NCBI GenBank assembly: GCA_017610175.1
Contig: JAFCCO010000001.1
Span: 32,001-96,000 of the forward strand
Length of the DNA: 64,000 bases
Direction of reading: 5' to 3'
Source: Candidatus Iainarchaeum sp.
GTDB taxonomy: Archaea; Iainarchaeota; Iainarchaeia; Iainarchaeales; GCA-2688035
The notes beneath the pieces were generated by a model, which worked only from the letters and a program-made list of their open reading frames with translations, did not search any database and had not been told where the DNA came from. Position numbers and translations under genes: made by a program. Of this stretch, positions 1-8,830 are shown in pieces; the stretch's first letter is position 1, and every line of letters begins with the position of its first letter.

Positions 1-617
1 TCAACTGTGAGTGATGCGTTTATAATTTCCTCAATGTTAATCTTGTCCGGGAAGACCACGCCTGGCCTGATAATCCTAAGTTTTATTCCGATTGCTCCCG
101 CCTTCGGATATGCGCTTGCCTTTGCGTAGTCAACGAGCTCGGTCTGGTTTCCGACCTTTTTCATGTAGCCCTCTGCGATTCTCTGCTTTCTTTTTCTTCC
201 GCCTTTTCCTGCAAGCTTTCCTTTGAGCACGAGCTCAGCCCCCTGTGCCCCTGCGTCCATAATGTCCTTAACTGTTCTGAATGCAACGCTTCTCCAGCTA
301 AATCCCCTTTCAAGCAGTGCAGCCATCTTGTTCACGATTGCTGTTGCGTTGAGTGAAGCGTGCGGCACTTCCTGAATTTCAAGCTGTGGGTTGTCTATTC
401 CGAATTTTTTGCCAATTGTTTCTGTTAATTGCCTGATGTTCTGCCCCTCTTTTCCGATTGCAAGGCCCGGGCGCGCAACGTTGAGCACAATTCTTGTCAC
501 CAGCGGGGTTTTGACTATTGCAAGGTCTGTGAATCCTGCCCTTTCAAGCTCTTTTTTGAGATAGTTCTCGAGCTCAACTTTTCTTATGCCCTGTTTTATG
601 AAAAATCTTTCAATCAT
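1..617 (-). CDS. rps3: 30S ribosomal protein S3 (uS3), 3' part outside window
   Basis: ATG at 617 overlaps rpl22 stop; translation MIERFFIKQG...RPGLAIGKRGQNI (KH domain); position after L22. Confidence 0.93.
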   Translation of the reverse strand, partial: MIERFFIKQGIRKVELENYLKKELERAGFTDLAIVKTPLVTRIVLNVARPGLAIGKEGQNIRQLTETIGKKFGIDNPQLEIQEVPHASLNATAIVNKMAALLERGFSWRSVAFRTVKDIMDAGAQGAELVLKGKLAGKGGRKRKQRIAEGYMKKVGNQTELVDYAKASAYPKAGAIGIKLRIIRPGVVFPDKINIEEIINASLTV

Positions 618-1081
618 TTTACTTCCCTCACAATGACCTCAATGTGTGTGGCCTTTCTCTTCCTTCTTTTTCCGGCAATTCTTCCCTTTGGCTGGAAACT
701 GTATCTGGAAAAGCCCTGTGATGCAAACGTATGCACAATAAGCAGCTTTTCTGTGTCAAGCCCCTTAAAGTCTGCGTTTGATTTTACGCTTTCCAAAAGA
801 CTGATGAATGCTGTGCACGGCTTTTTAGGGTATCTTCCCGATTTTACGCCGCTTTTGCTTTCTCCTTTTCGGTGTGCAACTTTTCTGTTGAACTTTTTCA
901 ATGGCAGGAAATCCTCGTGCGCGAGAACTCTTTCAAGGAAGGCTTCTGCTTTGTTAAGCGGCTTTCCCCTGATTTCGCGGCAGATTTCCGTTGCATACTT
1001 TAGCGAGATATTGCTGTTTGCTGTAAAAGCCCTTGCTGTGCTTTCTCCTGCAATTTCCGCCTGGTATGTTTTTTTCACCAT
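614..1081 (-). CDS. rpl22: 50S ribosomal protein L22 (uL22)
   Basis: ISLKYATEICREIRG, GRYPKK, THIEVIV; operon position. Confidence 0.96.
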   Translation of the reverse strand: MVKKTYQAEIAGESTARAFTANSNISLKYATEICREIRGKPLNKAEAFLERVLAHEDFLPLKKFNRKVAHRKGESKSGVKSGRYPKKPCTAFISLLESVKSNADFKGLDTEKLLIVHTFASQGFSRYSFQPKGRIAGKRRKRKATHIEVIVREVK

Positions 1082-1085
1082 TTTA

Positions 1086-1490
1086 TCATCCTCTTGCTGT
1101 TATTGCTGTGCTGCTCTTTGTTGCGCCAATTCCTGCCTTTCCGTGCGAGAGCTTCTTCCTTGTAAGGGCCATTTCCCCAAGGTAGTGTCCGAGCATTTGT
1201 GGCATAATTTCAACGTTTTCAAAGCTGTGCCCGTTGTAAACAGCAAACTTCAATCCAATCATTGCTGGAATTATAACTGTGTCCCTTTTGTGTGTCCTAA
1301 TTGCTTTTGGCGGCTTCTCATTGCCAAGCTGTGCTCTTGATGCCTCAATTTTCTTCAGGAACTTTTTGTCAAAGCCCCTTTCAAGGCTTCTTCTTGCCCT
1401 TGCGTTTGCAAGTGCTGCAAATGCCTTGAGGTCCATTTGCTGCAGTTCCTCAATTGACTTTCCCATGAATGCGAATTCTTTTTTTGCCAT
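1086..1490 (-). CDS. rps19: 30S ribosomal protein S19 (uS19)
   Basis: IRTHKRD...VYNG...MLGHYLGE; HGKAGIGAT. Confidence 0.96.
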   Translation of the reverse strand: MAKKEFAFMGKSIEELQQMDLKAFAALANARARRSLERGFDKKFLKKIEASRAQLGNEKPPKAIRTHKRDTVIIPAMIGLKFAVYNGHSFENVEIMPQMLGHYLGEMALTRKKLSHGKAGIGATKSSTAITARG

Positions 1491-1499
1491 CAAACCACC

Positions 1500-2219
1500 T
1501 TACTTCTTTCTCCTTCCTGTTCTCCTTGATGCAATGTTTCCGACCTTTCTTCCCGGGTGTGCGTGCCTGCTTGTGCTCTTGCTTTTTCCTGCGTGATGCT
1601 GGCTTCCACCGAACGGGTGTGATCCTGCGTTCATTGCCACCCCCCTGTTGGTTGGGTATGGCCTTGACTTTGACTTCATCTGTCTCCATTTGTTTCCTGC
1701 TTTTACGAATGGCTTTTCTGTTCTGCCTCCGCCTGAAACACAGCCAATTGTTGCCCTTGCCCTAAGGTCAATTGGTTTTGTTTTTCCGCTTGGCATTTTT
1801 AAGTAAGCGCTTTTTGCGTCCTTTGTTGTGAGCAAAGCGTAAATTCCGCTTCCCCTTACAAAGCTTCCGCCGTCTCCTGGGATTTTTTCAACGTTGAAAA
1901 TCGGGCATCCCTCCGGGATGTTTGCAAGCGGGAGTGTGTTTCCGATTGCAATTGCTGCATCTTTTCCGTAGGTAATTTCCTGCCCAATCTTAATCCCTTC
2001 TGCCGCAACAACGTATTCTGAAGCGTTGTTTTCAAACAAAATTTCGGCTATAATTGTGTTTCTTCCGTTTTCCTTAATCAAGTTTACAACCTGGCCTTTT
2101 AGCGCTGCATTTTTCTGCAGGTCATCGTAACTAATGTAGTTTGAGTCAATCCCTTTTGCTTTGGCCCTGAAAGTGCTTCCGCCCTTTCCGCGTCTTTGGT
2201 GTTTTAGTCTGTCACCCAT
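1500..2219 (-). CDS. rpl2: 50S ribosomal protein L2 (uL2)
   Basis: RGVAMN...HPFGG, PGRKVGNIASRRTG. Confidence 0.97.
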   Translation of the reverse strand: MGDRLKHQRRGKGGSTFRAKAKGIDSNYISYDDLQKNAALKGQVVNLIKENGRNTIIAEILFENNASEYVVAAEGIKIGQEITYGKDAAIAIGNTLPLANIPEGCPIFNVEKIPGDGGSFVRGSGIYALLTTKDAKSAYLKMPSGKTKPIDLRARATIGCVSGGGRTEKPFVKAGNKWRQMKSKSRPYPTNRGVAMNAGSHPFGGSQHHAGKSKSTSRHAHPGRKVGNIASRRTGRRKK

Positions 2220-2494
2220 TACAATACACCCAGTTTTGTTGCCAGTTCGTCTGCCTTAAACTTTTTGTTAATCTTTACAATTGCTTTCTTTCGTCCCTTT
2301 CTGTCGTTTAGGACCTGTATTCGGTCAACCTTTATTTCATAATTTTTTTCAACAGCGGCCTTAATATTGTCCTTGTTTGCCTTTGGGTTTACAATAAAGC
2401 ACATCTTGTTGTCTGATTCAATCATTCCGATTGCCTTTTCTGTAATCAATGGGTATAATACCACTTCATATGTTTCAAGCTTTTTCTGATTCAT
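2219..2494 (-). CDS. rpl23: 50S ribosomal protein L23 (uL23)
   Basis: YPLITEKA...KKAIVK; between L4 and L2. Confidence 0.95.
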   Translation of the reverse strand: MNQKKLETYEVVLYPLITEKAIGMIESDNKMCFIVNPKANKDNIKAAVEKNYEIKVDRIQVLNDRKGRKKAIVKINKKFKADELATKLGVL

Positions 2495-3294
2495 GCCTTT
2501 TCACCAAAGTATTTTATTGCGTCCTCGGTCCAAACAACAAGCCTTCCTGGAACGCAGCCTGGTGCAAGAAGCTCTGTGTTCAGGCTTACTGCTGTGCTTA
2601 TGTCGACTCCTGGAATGTTTCTTGCCGCTTTGTAAATTTTTGAATTTTCTTTTGTAACTATGAGCACGCTTTTCTTCTGCTTTTTTGTTCTGCCCCTCTG
2701 CTTTCCCTTTCCGCTTCTTGGCCTGCATTTGTTTCTTGCGTTTTCAATGTCTGCTCCAAGGTTGAGTGCGTCAAGGACCTTGAGAATTTCCTTTGTTTTT
2801 GCAATTTCCTCGAATTTGTCCTCTACAACTATTGGAAGCTTTATTTTTCCGTCAACAACATGCCTTGCTTCCACAAGTGCCATGTTTGTGCTTGCCCCTA
2901 TTGCGCTGATTAATGCCTTCTTCTTTTCCTTTTTGTTAATCTCTTCTGCAATTATCTTCTCAGCCTTTGGAGGGTGTGCTCTTGCGCCTCCAACGGCCTG
3001 CGGGACACGCCCCACTCTCCCGTAAAGCAAGTGCTTTCTGTTCTTGAATCTTGGAAGCCTTGCTTTTCCAACGTTAATTGTTCTTTCAGAGCGGATTTTG
3101 TGCCTGTTTGACACTGCGACTGCCGTGTTGTCGCGCCCTGCCCTTGGGTTTGTTCCCTTTGGCTGCTTTTGCTTGCTCTGGCTGCTTAGAACAGCTCTTT
3201 TAATCAGTTCCTTGTTGAGGCTTGCTTCAAAGGCTTTTGGAAGCTCTATCTCTTTCTTTGCCTTGCCGTCTATTGTGTATACTGTGGCCTTCAT
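2491..3294 (-). CDS. rpl4: 50S ribosomal protein L4 (uL4)
   Basis: VGGARAHPPK, RNIPGVD, LAPGCVPGRL. Confidence 0.96.
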   Translation of the reverse strand: MKATVYTIDGKAKKEIELPKAFEASLNKELIKRAVLSSQSKQKQPKGTNPRAGRDNTAVAVSNRHKIRSERTINVGKARLPRFKNRKHLLYGRVGRVPQAVGGARAHPPKAEKIIAEEINKKEKKKALISAIGASTNMALVEARHVVDGKIKLPIVVEDKFEEIAKTKEILKVLDALNLGADIENARNKCRPRSGKGKQRGRTKKQKKSVLIVTKENSKIYKAARNIPGVDISTAVSLNTELLAPGCVPGRLVVWTEDAIKYFGEKA

Positions 3295-4445
3295 TTCTTT
3301 TCACCCTTTACTGCCTCTGCAATCTCGTCAGCAACGCTTTTGGTTTCCTTTTTCTTTTCCTTTTCAAGCGTAACTTTTGAGGTTACCTTTTCCTCTAATC
3401 CAACAACCTGGCCCTTTACAGGCTTGGTTGCAATAAAGTCAATTCCTTCAATTTTGTGCTTTTCCCTTGAGATTTTCCTAATGTTCTTTCTCAATGCAAT
3501 TACCCTTTTTGCAGGACCTGGAACGCTTCCGCCAATTATTACATAGCTGTTCTTGACTGTTCCGTATTTTTTAAAGCCTTCTGCCGGATTGATTTCTTCC
3601 GGCTTGTCGCTGATTTTGATAATCTTTTTGTTGAGCTCTGTCCTGTTGTGGTATCCCATCTGCCCTGGCCTTGGAACCGTCCACATTACGGTGCTTGGGT
3701 TCCACGGGCCGATGCTTCCAACAACCCTTCTTTTCTTTGCTTTAGGGCGGTGGATTTTTACTCCAAACCTTTTTACAACACCCTGCATTCCCTTTCCTTT
3801 TGTGACACCCTTAACATCTATAAATTCAAATTCTTCGAAAACGTCTGTTACTGCGATATCGTTTCCAAGAAGTTCTTTTGCAGAAGCAAGTTGCTGTTCT
3901 GCGTTTCCTGAGAGCGCAATTTCGCTTACATCAGGGGTCTTTTTTGGCAGGCCTGCAAGTGCCGGCTGTGAGTGTGCAAGCAGTACAACGTAGGAGAGTT
4001 GGTCTTTAATAGCGTCAATGTCTTCAAAGCTCTTGGCTTTCTTTTCCTTTTTCTCTTTCTTTCCAACTTTCTTCTTAAAATTAGGCATTTTTCTAAGCAG
4101 GGCTTTTTCCTGCTTTTCCGCGTAAACGTCAATTGCTGCTGCGGTTCCGTATGCTTTCTCTGATTTTGTGTAGGCCCTTACCCCAAATATTTTCATTGGG
4201 GGAACCTCAACAACTGTTACAGGGATGTTAATGTCCTGCCCGAAAGTAACTCCTTTTTCGTGTGAGTTCTTTCCAATAATGTGGGTCATTCCAACTTTGT
4301 AACCCAAGAAATTAGCCGGCTTTGATTTTGTGCCGTCTTCAACAGTTTCGCTTTTAATTGAGCTAAAGCTAGGCCTTTCTCTCGCTGCCTTTTTGCGTGG
4401 GTAATACCCAAGGCTTCCCGCTCTTGGCTTGTGCTTTTTGGCCAT
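3291..4445 (-). CDS. rpl3: 50S ribosomal protein L3 (uL3), with charged C-terminal extension
   Basis: GYKVGMTH, TKGKGMQGVVKRFG, GQMGYHNRT, GSVPGP. Confidence 0.97.
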   Translation of the reverse strand: MAKKHKPRAGSLGYYPRKKAARERPSFSSIKSETVEDGTKSKPANFLGYKVGMTHIIGKNSHEKGVTFGQDINIPVTVVEVPPMKIFGVRAYTKSEKAYGTAAAIDVYAEKQEKALLRKMPNFKKKVGKKEKKEKKAKSFEDIDAIKDQLSYVVLLAHSQPALAGLPKKTPDVSEIALSGNAEQQLASAKELLGNDIAVTDVFEEFEFIDVKGVTKGKGMQGVVKRFGVKIHRPKAKKRRVVGSIGPWNPSTVMWTVPRPGQMGYHNRTELNKKIIKISDKPEEINPAEGFKKYGTVKNSYVIIGGSVPGPAKRVIALRKNIRKISREKHKIEGIDFIATKPVKGQVVGLEEKVTSKVTLEKEKKKETKSVADEIAEAVKGEKK

Positions 4446-4463
4446 TGACTCACCTAATGCTAA

Positions 4464-4608
4464 ATTGCTTTATACCCTACGGAAACACCAGTGTAGGGCA
4501 AAAATAGCCAACGAGGATAAAAATCGCTTATTGGCATTTACATCCATGCCGGTTCGGCGCAAATGCAGTGTGCAATATTACTATCTACCATCTGGAAAGC
4601 TTTAAAAA
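4464..4608 (-). promoter_or_regulatory. TATA box (4601-4608) and structured 5' leader of the rpl3 operon
   Basis: TTTTTAAA about 25 nt before three hairpins closed by ATTGC/GCAAT; SD AGGTGA follows. Confidence 0.55.
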
Positions 4609-4612
4609 GGAA

Positions 4613-5068
4613 TCATTGGCGGCGTTTCCTGCGTTTTGAAAGCTCCCTATCGATTCCGCCGAGCTTCTTTCTCATCGGGATATCGTTGATGCTTTTTCCA
4701 AGTGCTTCCGCAGATTCATACTGTGGTTTTAGCCCTTCTGGGCCACGCCTGTCCTCTAAACCTGCTCTTCTTTCCCCTTTGCGCCTGTCTGTAAAGCAAA
4801 CTATTCCTTTATCTGTTTCAAGGTAATTGCTTATTTTTCTCTTGTCAATTTTTCCGTCTTTATATTGGACATGATAACAGCCGGCCTTTTCGTTCCAGGT
4901 AATTCTTGCGTCCTTTGGGGCAATCCACTCCGCTCTCCTGTCTTTCGAAGAAGCCCTTCTCTGGCTTTGGCGCCTTGCGGTTCCCGCTCTTCTGTCCTCA
5001 ATTCGCCTCACTTCAACAGGGGGGTGGGCGGTTTTGTCGATTATTTTGATTATGCGTTTTTTGGGCAT
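4613..5068 (-). CDS. basic hypothetical protein with repeated RRxx(D/E)RR motifs
   Basis: 151-aa ORF; TATA TTTTTAAA 24 nt before ATG (leaderless). Confidence 0.7.
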   Translation of the reverse strand: MPKKRIIKIIDKTAHPPVEVRRIEDRRAGTARRQSQRRASSKDRRAEWIAPKDARITWNEKAGCYHVQYKDGKIDKRKISNYLETDKGIVCFTDRRKGERRAGLEDRRGPEGLKPQYESAEALGKSINDIPMRKKLGGIDRELSKRRKRRQ

Positions 5069-5152
5069 GCTATTTAATTAGAGTTTTTGAAGTTTAAAAA
5101 TGCAGTATAGGGTGGACTTTTATGGGTGTTTTAGGGGGGTCTTTAGAATTGG

Positions 5153-5182
5153 AAAAAAAGAAATTGTCGGGGCTTTCGCCCC
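5153..5182 (-). terminator. GC hairpin (GGGGC-GAAA-GCCCC) followed by U-tract
   Basis: 5169-5182 stem-loop then TTTCTTTTTTT on minus strand, downstream of the 5205-5408 gene. Confidence 0.6.
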
Positions 5183-5204
5183 TTTTGTTTAACGGTTTTC
5201 TTCC

Positions 5205-5408
5205 TTATTTGAAGAAGTTGACTATTGAGTCAAAGCCGTTGCTCAGCATTTGCATTGGCTGTCTGTAGAAAGCAACTGGCTTTCTTGCTGAAACTCTTGC
5301 ATCAGCTCTTGCTCTGGCCTTAGGCTTTGCCCTGACTGTCTTTTTAGCCCTGACTCTGGTCGCAGGCTTTACCTTTACCCTGCCTTTCACTGTTTTCTTT
5401 GCTGCCAT
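5205..5408 (-). CDS. small K/R/A-rich basic protein with C-terminal amphipathic helix
   Basis: SD GAGGTGA before ATG 5408; followed by terminator. Confidence 0.7.
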   Translation of the reverse strand: MAAKKTVKGRVKVKPATRVRAKKTVRAKPKARARADARVSARKPVAFYRQPMQMLSNGFDSIVNFFK

Positions 5409-5464
5409 ATAGTTTTTCACCTCGTTGGGAATTAATAAATAGAAAAAAAAGAGAAAAAGCTGAT

Positions 5465-6844
5465 TTACTGGACGCCTTTCCTCTGGTTTCTTGCCACAAC
5501 AAACGCGTATGCAATTATCAGCAATGCGACAACCATTAGCCCTGCAACCGTGTTTTGGTTTCCGAGAACTGCAAAGCCTGAGCCTGCAATTGCCCCGATT
5601 ATCTGCTGCTGGACTGTTTCCTCTTCCTCTGGTTCCTGGTTCTGCACTGGCTCTTCGTTTTGCTGTGTTTGCTGTGGAACTGTCTGCTGTACTGTTCCAA
5701 TAATTCTTGTGCTGTTCTTTGTGAGGCAGTTGCCTGCGTCAATTTCGTAGTATAGCGTGCTTGCGCTGTCTGCACTTACCTCAATTTGGTATGCGTTGCT
5801 CTTGAATCCTGAGGGGATTGAAAGCAACTGCGGCTCAACCCTTAAGCCGTTTCCGTAGAATCGAATGCTTGCCCTGAATGGGGTGTTGTTCTCAATTCTA
5901 AGTGAAACTTCTCCCCTTTCGTTGATTTCCTGTGTTGATGGTGCGGTGAAAATGAATCCGCTGCAGTAGGGGCTGTAAACCGGGAGTGAAGGGGTTGAGT
6001 CTATGAATGTAGCCTCTTCCTTTTCCTCAATGTTTACATAAAAGTCCCTTGCGTTCTGCTCAAGTGTGCATGTTGCTTCGTCTTGGAAATGGCCCCTTAC
6101 CTTAATGTATGCTTTTTCGCGGCCTTCCTCTGCGTCACTGTAAGCCTTTACTTCCACTCCAATTGTGCCCACGCTGTTTGAGTATATTGTTCTGTCATAT
6201 CCGTCGCTGTCTGACCTGATTTCTGAGCTGTTGTCGTATACGTCAACAAAGTCGATGTAGAATCTTTCATTTGCCCTGTTTTCGAGCGTAAATTCCTTGT
6301 TGACGGTTTTTCCTGCCTCAACCTTTACTGTGCTTGTTCCAAGCTCCAACTCATCACATTGTGGCCTGCCGTAAAAGTTGCCTTCCCCGTCGTTGTCCCA
6401 GTTGTCCTCTTCAACATCTATGTCAAAGTATTCCTTTCCGATTTCTGAGAAGCTGCAGTATTCGCCGTTTCCCTCAAATCTTCCCTTTAGTTCAATGCTT
6501 GCGTTAATTGTGTCGTCGTGGGTGAAGTTTTCGGTTTCAACCCTGATTCTGATTGTTTCCTCGTCATCCTCGTCAATTTCTGACGGGGTTCTGTTTACGC
6601 TGAGCCTGATTCTTGAATCGGCTGGCTCTTCGCTTAGCCTTACTGTTTCAACGTCAAAGTCCCTGTCCTCATAATTGTAAACTGTGAACTCAAAGTATTC
6701 CACTGTGTCCTCTGAAATAGTAATGTCCTCTGCATAAATTCTGATGTCTGAACAGTTTTCTCCTGAGGCACTCACGCCGCTTAAAAACAAGAGCAAAGTG
6801 AGCGCTATGATTGTGCGCTGAATAAGTTGGTTCATCATATTCAT
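5465..6844 (-). CDS. secreted acidic surface protein, tandem beta-sandwich-like repeats, C-terminal TM anchor
   Basis: signal peptide; two ~120-aa repeats (C...EFT.xN...F..xRG.F....C); Q/E linker; TM plus basic tail. Confidence 0.8.
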   Translation of the reverse strand: MNMMNQLIQRTIIALTLLLFLSGVSASGENCSDIRIYAEDITISEDTVEYFEFTVYNYEDRDFDVETVRLSEEPADSRIRLSVNRTPSEIDEDDEETIRIRVETENFTHDDTINASIELKGRFEGNGEYCSFSEIGKEYFDIDVEEDNWDNDGEGNFYGRPQCDELELGTSTVKVEAGKTVNKEFTLENRANERFYIDFVDVYDNSSEIRSDSDGYDRTIYSNSVGTIGVEVKAYSDAEEGREKAYIKVRGHFQDEATCTLEQNARDFYVNIEEKEEATFIDSTPSLPVYSPYCSGFIFTAPSTQEINERGEVSLRIENNTPFRASIRFYGNGLRVEPQLLSIPSGFKSNAYQIEVSADSASTLYYEIDAGNCLTKNSTRIIGTVQQTVPQQTQQNEEPVQNQEPEEEETVQQQIIGAIAGSGFAVLGNQNTVAGLMVVALLIIAYAFVVARNQRKGVQ

Positions 6845-6964
6845 TTGTGCCCGAACTAGTATTTAAAGGTTACTAATTCACGTAAATTAGTTAATTTAAG
6901 CCTGTTTTTTTGGGTTTTTGCCAGGGTGCTGCAACTGGCAGGCTCCCAAAAAACAGTGATTAAT

Positions 6965-8395
6965 TCAGCCCTTCATTACCGCAAGCGGAACGTGCTTTGA
7001 AACCTTTTTTCCAATCCCGCTTGCCTCAACACTTGCAATAACCTCTTCAACATCCTTGTATGCTTCAGGCATTTCCTCTGCAAGCCCTGACAACGACTTT
7101 CCCTTAATAATTTCTCCCTTTTCCTCAAGCTCTTTTTTTACCTGGTCGCCCCTCTTAAGTTTCATTGCAGCATGCCTTGACATTGTTCTCCCCGCCCCGT
7201 GCGCAACGCTTCCAAAGGTTTCCTTTAGCCCAGTTTGTGTCCCTACAAGAACGTAGGATGAGGTTCCCATCGTTCCTGGGATAAGTGCAGGGTGCCCTGT
7301 TTTCATGAATTCTGCTGGATTCTCTTCTCGCCCTGCCGGCATTGCCCTTGTTGCGCCCTTTCTGTGGACAAGGAGTTTTTTCTGCTCGCCGTTAATTTCA
7401 TGCATTTCCTCTTTTGCAACATTGTGGCATATGTCGTAGAGCAGTTCCATTCCAAGCGATTCAGCATCCCGCCCTATCACTTTCTCAAAGCTTTCTCTGA
7501 CCCAGTGCATTATCACCTGGCGGTTGCAGAAAGCGTAGTTTACGGCGCACTTCATTGCTTTGAGGTAATCCTGCCCTTCCTTGCTTTGGATTGGGGCACA
7601 GCAGAGCTGCTTGTCGGGAACGTTGATTCCGTACTTGTTCATCGCGCTAACCATTGTGTTCAGGTGGTCTGTTGCAACCTGGTGCCCGAAGCCGCGGCTT
7701 CCGCAGTGAATCATTATGGTAATCTGGCCCTGCTCCAGCCCGAATTTTTCCGCAATTTCCTTGTCAAATATGTCGCTTACTTTCTGGATTTCAAGGAAGT
7801 GGTTTCCTGAACCTAGCGTTCCAAACTGGGGCATTCCGCGGTGCAGTGCCTTGTCTGAAACCTTGGAGGCGTCAGCCCCGTCCATTTTCCCGTTTTCCTC
7901 GGTGTGCTTTAAATCGCGCTCCCATCCGTATCCGCGCTCAACAACGTAGGATGCTCCCTGCTCTAGAGCCTGCTTTAATTCATCTTCGCTGAGCCTTAGC
8001 TTGCTTTTTCCACCGACTCCTGCAGGGATTGCCCCGAACATTTCGTTTATCAGGTCCCGCAAATGAGGCTTGATTTCTTTTTCGGTTAAATTTGTTTTAA
8101 CCAAACGGACGCCGCAGTTTATGTCAAAACCAATGCCGCCAGGGCTAACAACTCCCTTTTCGTAATCGATTGCAGCAACCCCTCCTATGGGGAATCCGTA
8201 GCCCCAATGGCAGTCCGGGAGGGCTATGCTGTATTTTTGTATTCCTGGGAGGTAGGCAACGTTTTTTACCTGTTGAAGTGCGCCTGCTTCAATCTCGCTT
8301 GTAAGCTTTTCTGTCCCGTAAATTCTTGCCGGGACAAGCATTCCCTCTTCCTTGGGCAGTTCGAAAATAGCTTCGGAAATTTTTTTCATTTCCAT
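6965..8395 (-). CDS. rtcB: RNA-splicing ligase RtcB
   Basis: PDCHWGYGFPIG, GFDINCG, GSGNHF, HCGSRG, HNVAK, HRKGAT, HGAGR, EAYKD. Confidence 0.98.
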   Translation of the reverse strand: MEMKKISEAIFELPKEEGMLVPARIYGTEKLTSEIEAGALQQVKNVAYLPGIQKYSIALPDCHWGYGFPIGGVAAIDYEKGVVSPGGIGFDINCGVRLVKTNLTEKEIKPHLRDLINEMFGAIPAGVGGKSKLRLSEDELKQALEQGASYVVERGYGWERDLKHTEENGKMDGADASKVSDKALHRGMPQFGTLGSGNHFLEIQKVSDIFDKEIAEKFGLEQGQITIMIHCGSRGFGHQVATDHLNTMVSAMNKYGINVPDKQLCCAPIQSKEGQDYLKAMKCAVNYAFCNRQVIMHWVRESFEKVIGRDAESLGMELLYDICHNVAKEEMHEINGEQKKLLVHRKGATRAMPAGREENPAEFMKTGHPALIPGTMGTSSYVLVGTQTGLKETFGSVAHGAGRTMSRHAAMKLKRGDQVKKELEEKGEIIKGKSLSGLAEEMPEAYKDVEEVIASVEASGIGKKVSKHVPLAVMKG

Positions 8396-8407
8396 TTTTT
8401 TATCACC

Positions 8408-8830
8408 TTATATGTCAAGTAATACCCTCGAAACCCATTTATTTCCTTCTTTTTTGACGGAAAACTGGTTCCAGGTAACTGCCTTTATTTCCGAGCGGGG
8501 TTCGTGCCTTTCTGCGTCAAATTCCTCCCCCTCCAACTCTGCTTTTGCATAATTCCTGCCCTCGTCCAGCTCAAGAACCCTTATTTTGGAGAATGCGAGT
8601 TCTTTTGCGTGGAGTTCGAAGAGAATTGAATCCAATAAATTATGTAGAAGTTCCTCCGGGTTTTTGCCCTCTGCCTCTACTGTGAGCTTGGTTTTTCCCT
8701 CAACCTTTTCGGGGTTGTACATTACTGTGCACATTGCTTTTGCTGAGTTCTCAAAAAGTTCTGAAAGGTTTTCCCCGAATGCTTCAAATAGTGCGTCTGC
8801 AGTGTGTTCGAGGAACCTAAATCCTTTCAC
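8408..8830 (-). CDS. archease (RtcB cofactor)
   Basis: EHTAD, EIKAVT, terminal LDI; adjacent to rtcB. Confidence 0.95.
   Translation of the reverse strand: MKGFRFLEHTADALFEAFGENLSELFENSAKAMCTVMYNPEKVEGKTKLTVEAEGKNPEELLHNLLDSILFELHAKELAFSKIRVLELDEGRNYAKAELEGEEFDAERHEPRSEIKAVTWNQFSVKKEGNKWVSRVLLDI

Noticed and set aside
429-1340. 303-aa plus-strand ORF and the many similar antisense ORFs in the track
   Set aside because: Shadow frames opposite clearly recognised genes, with Ser/Phe/Leu-rich composition and no motifs
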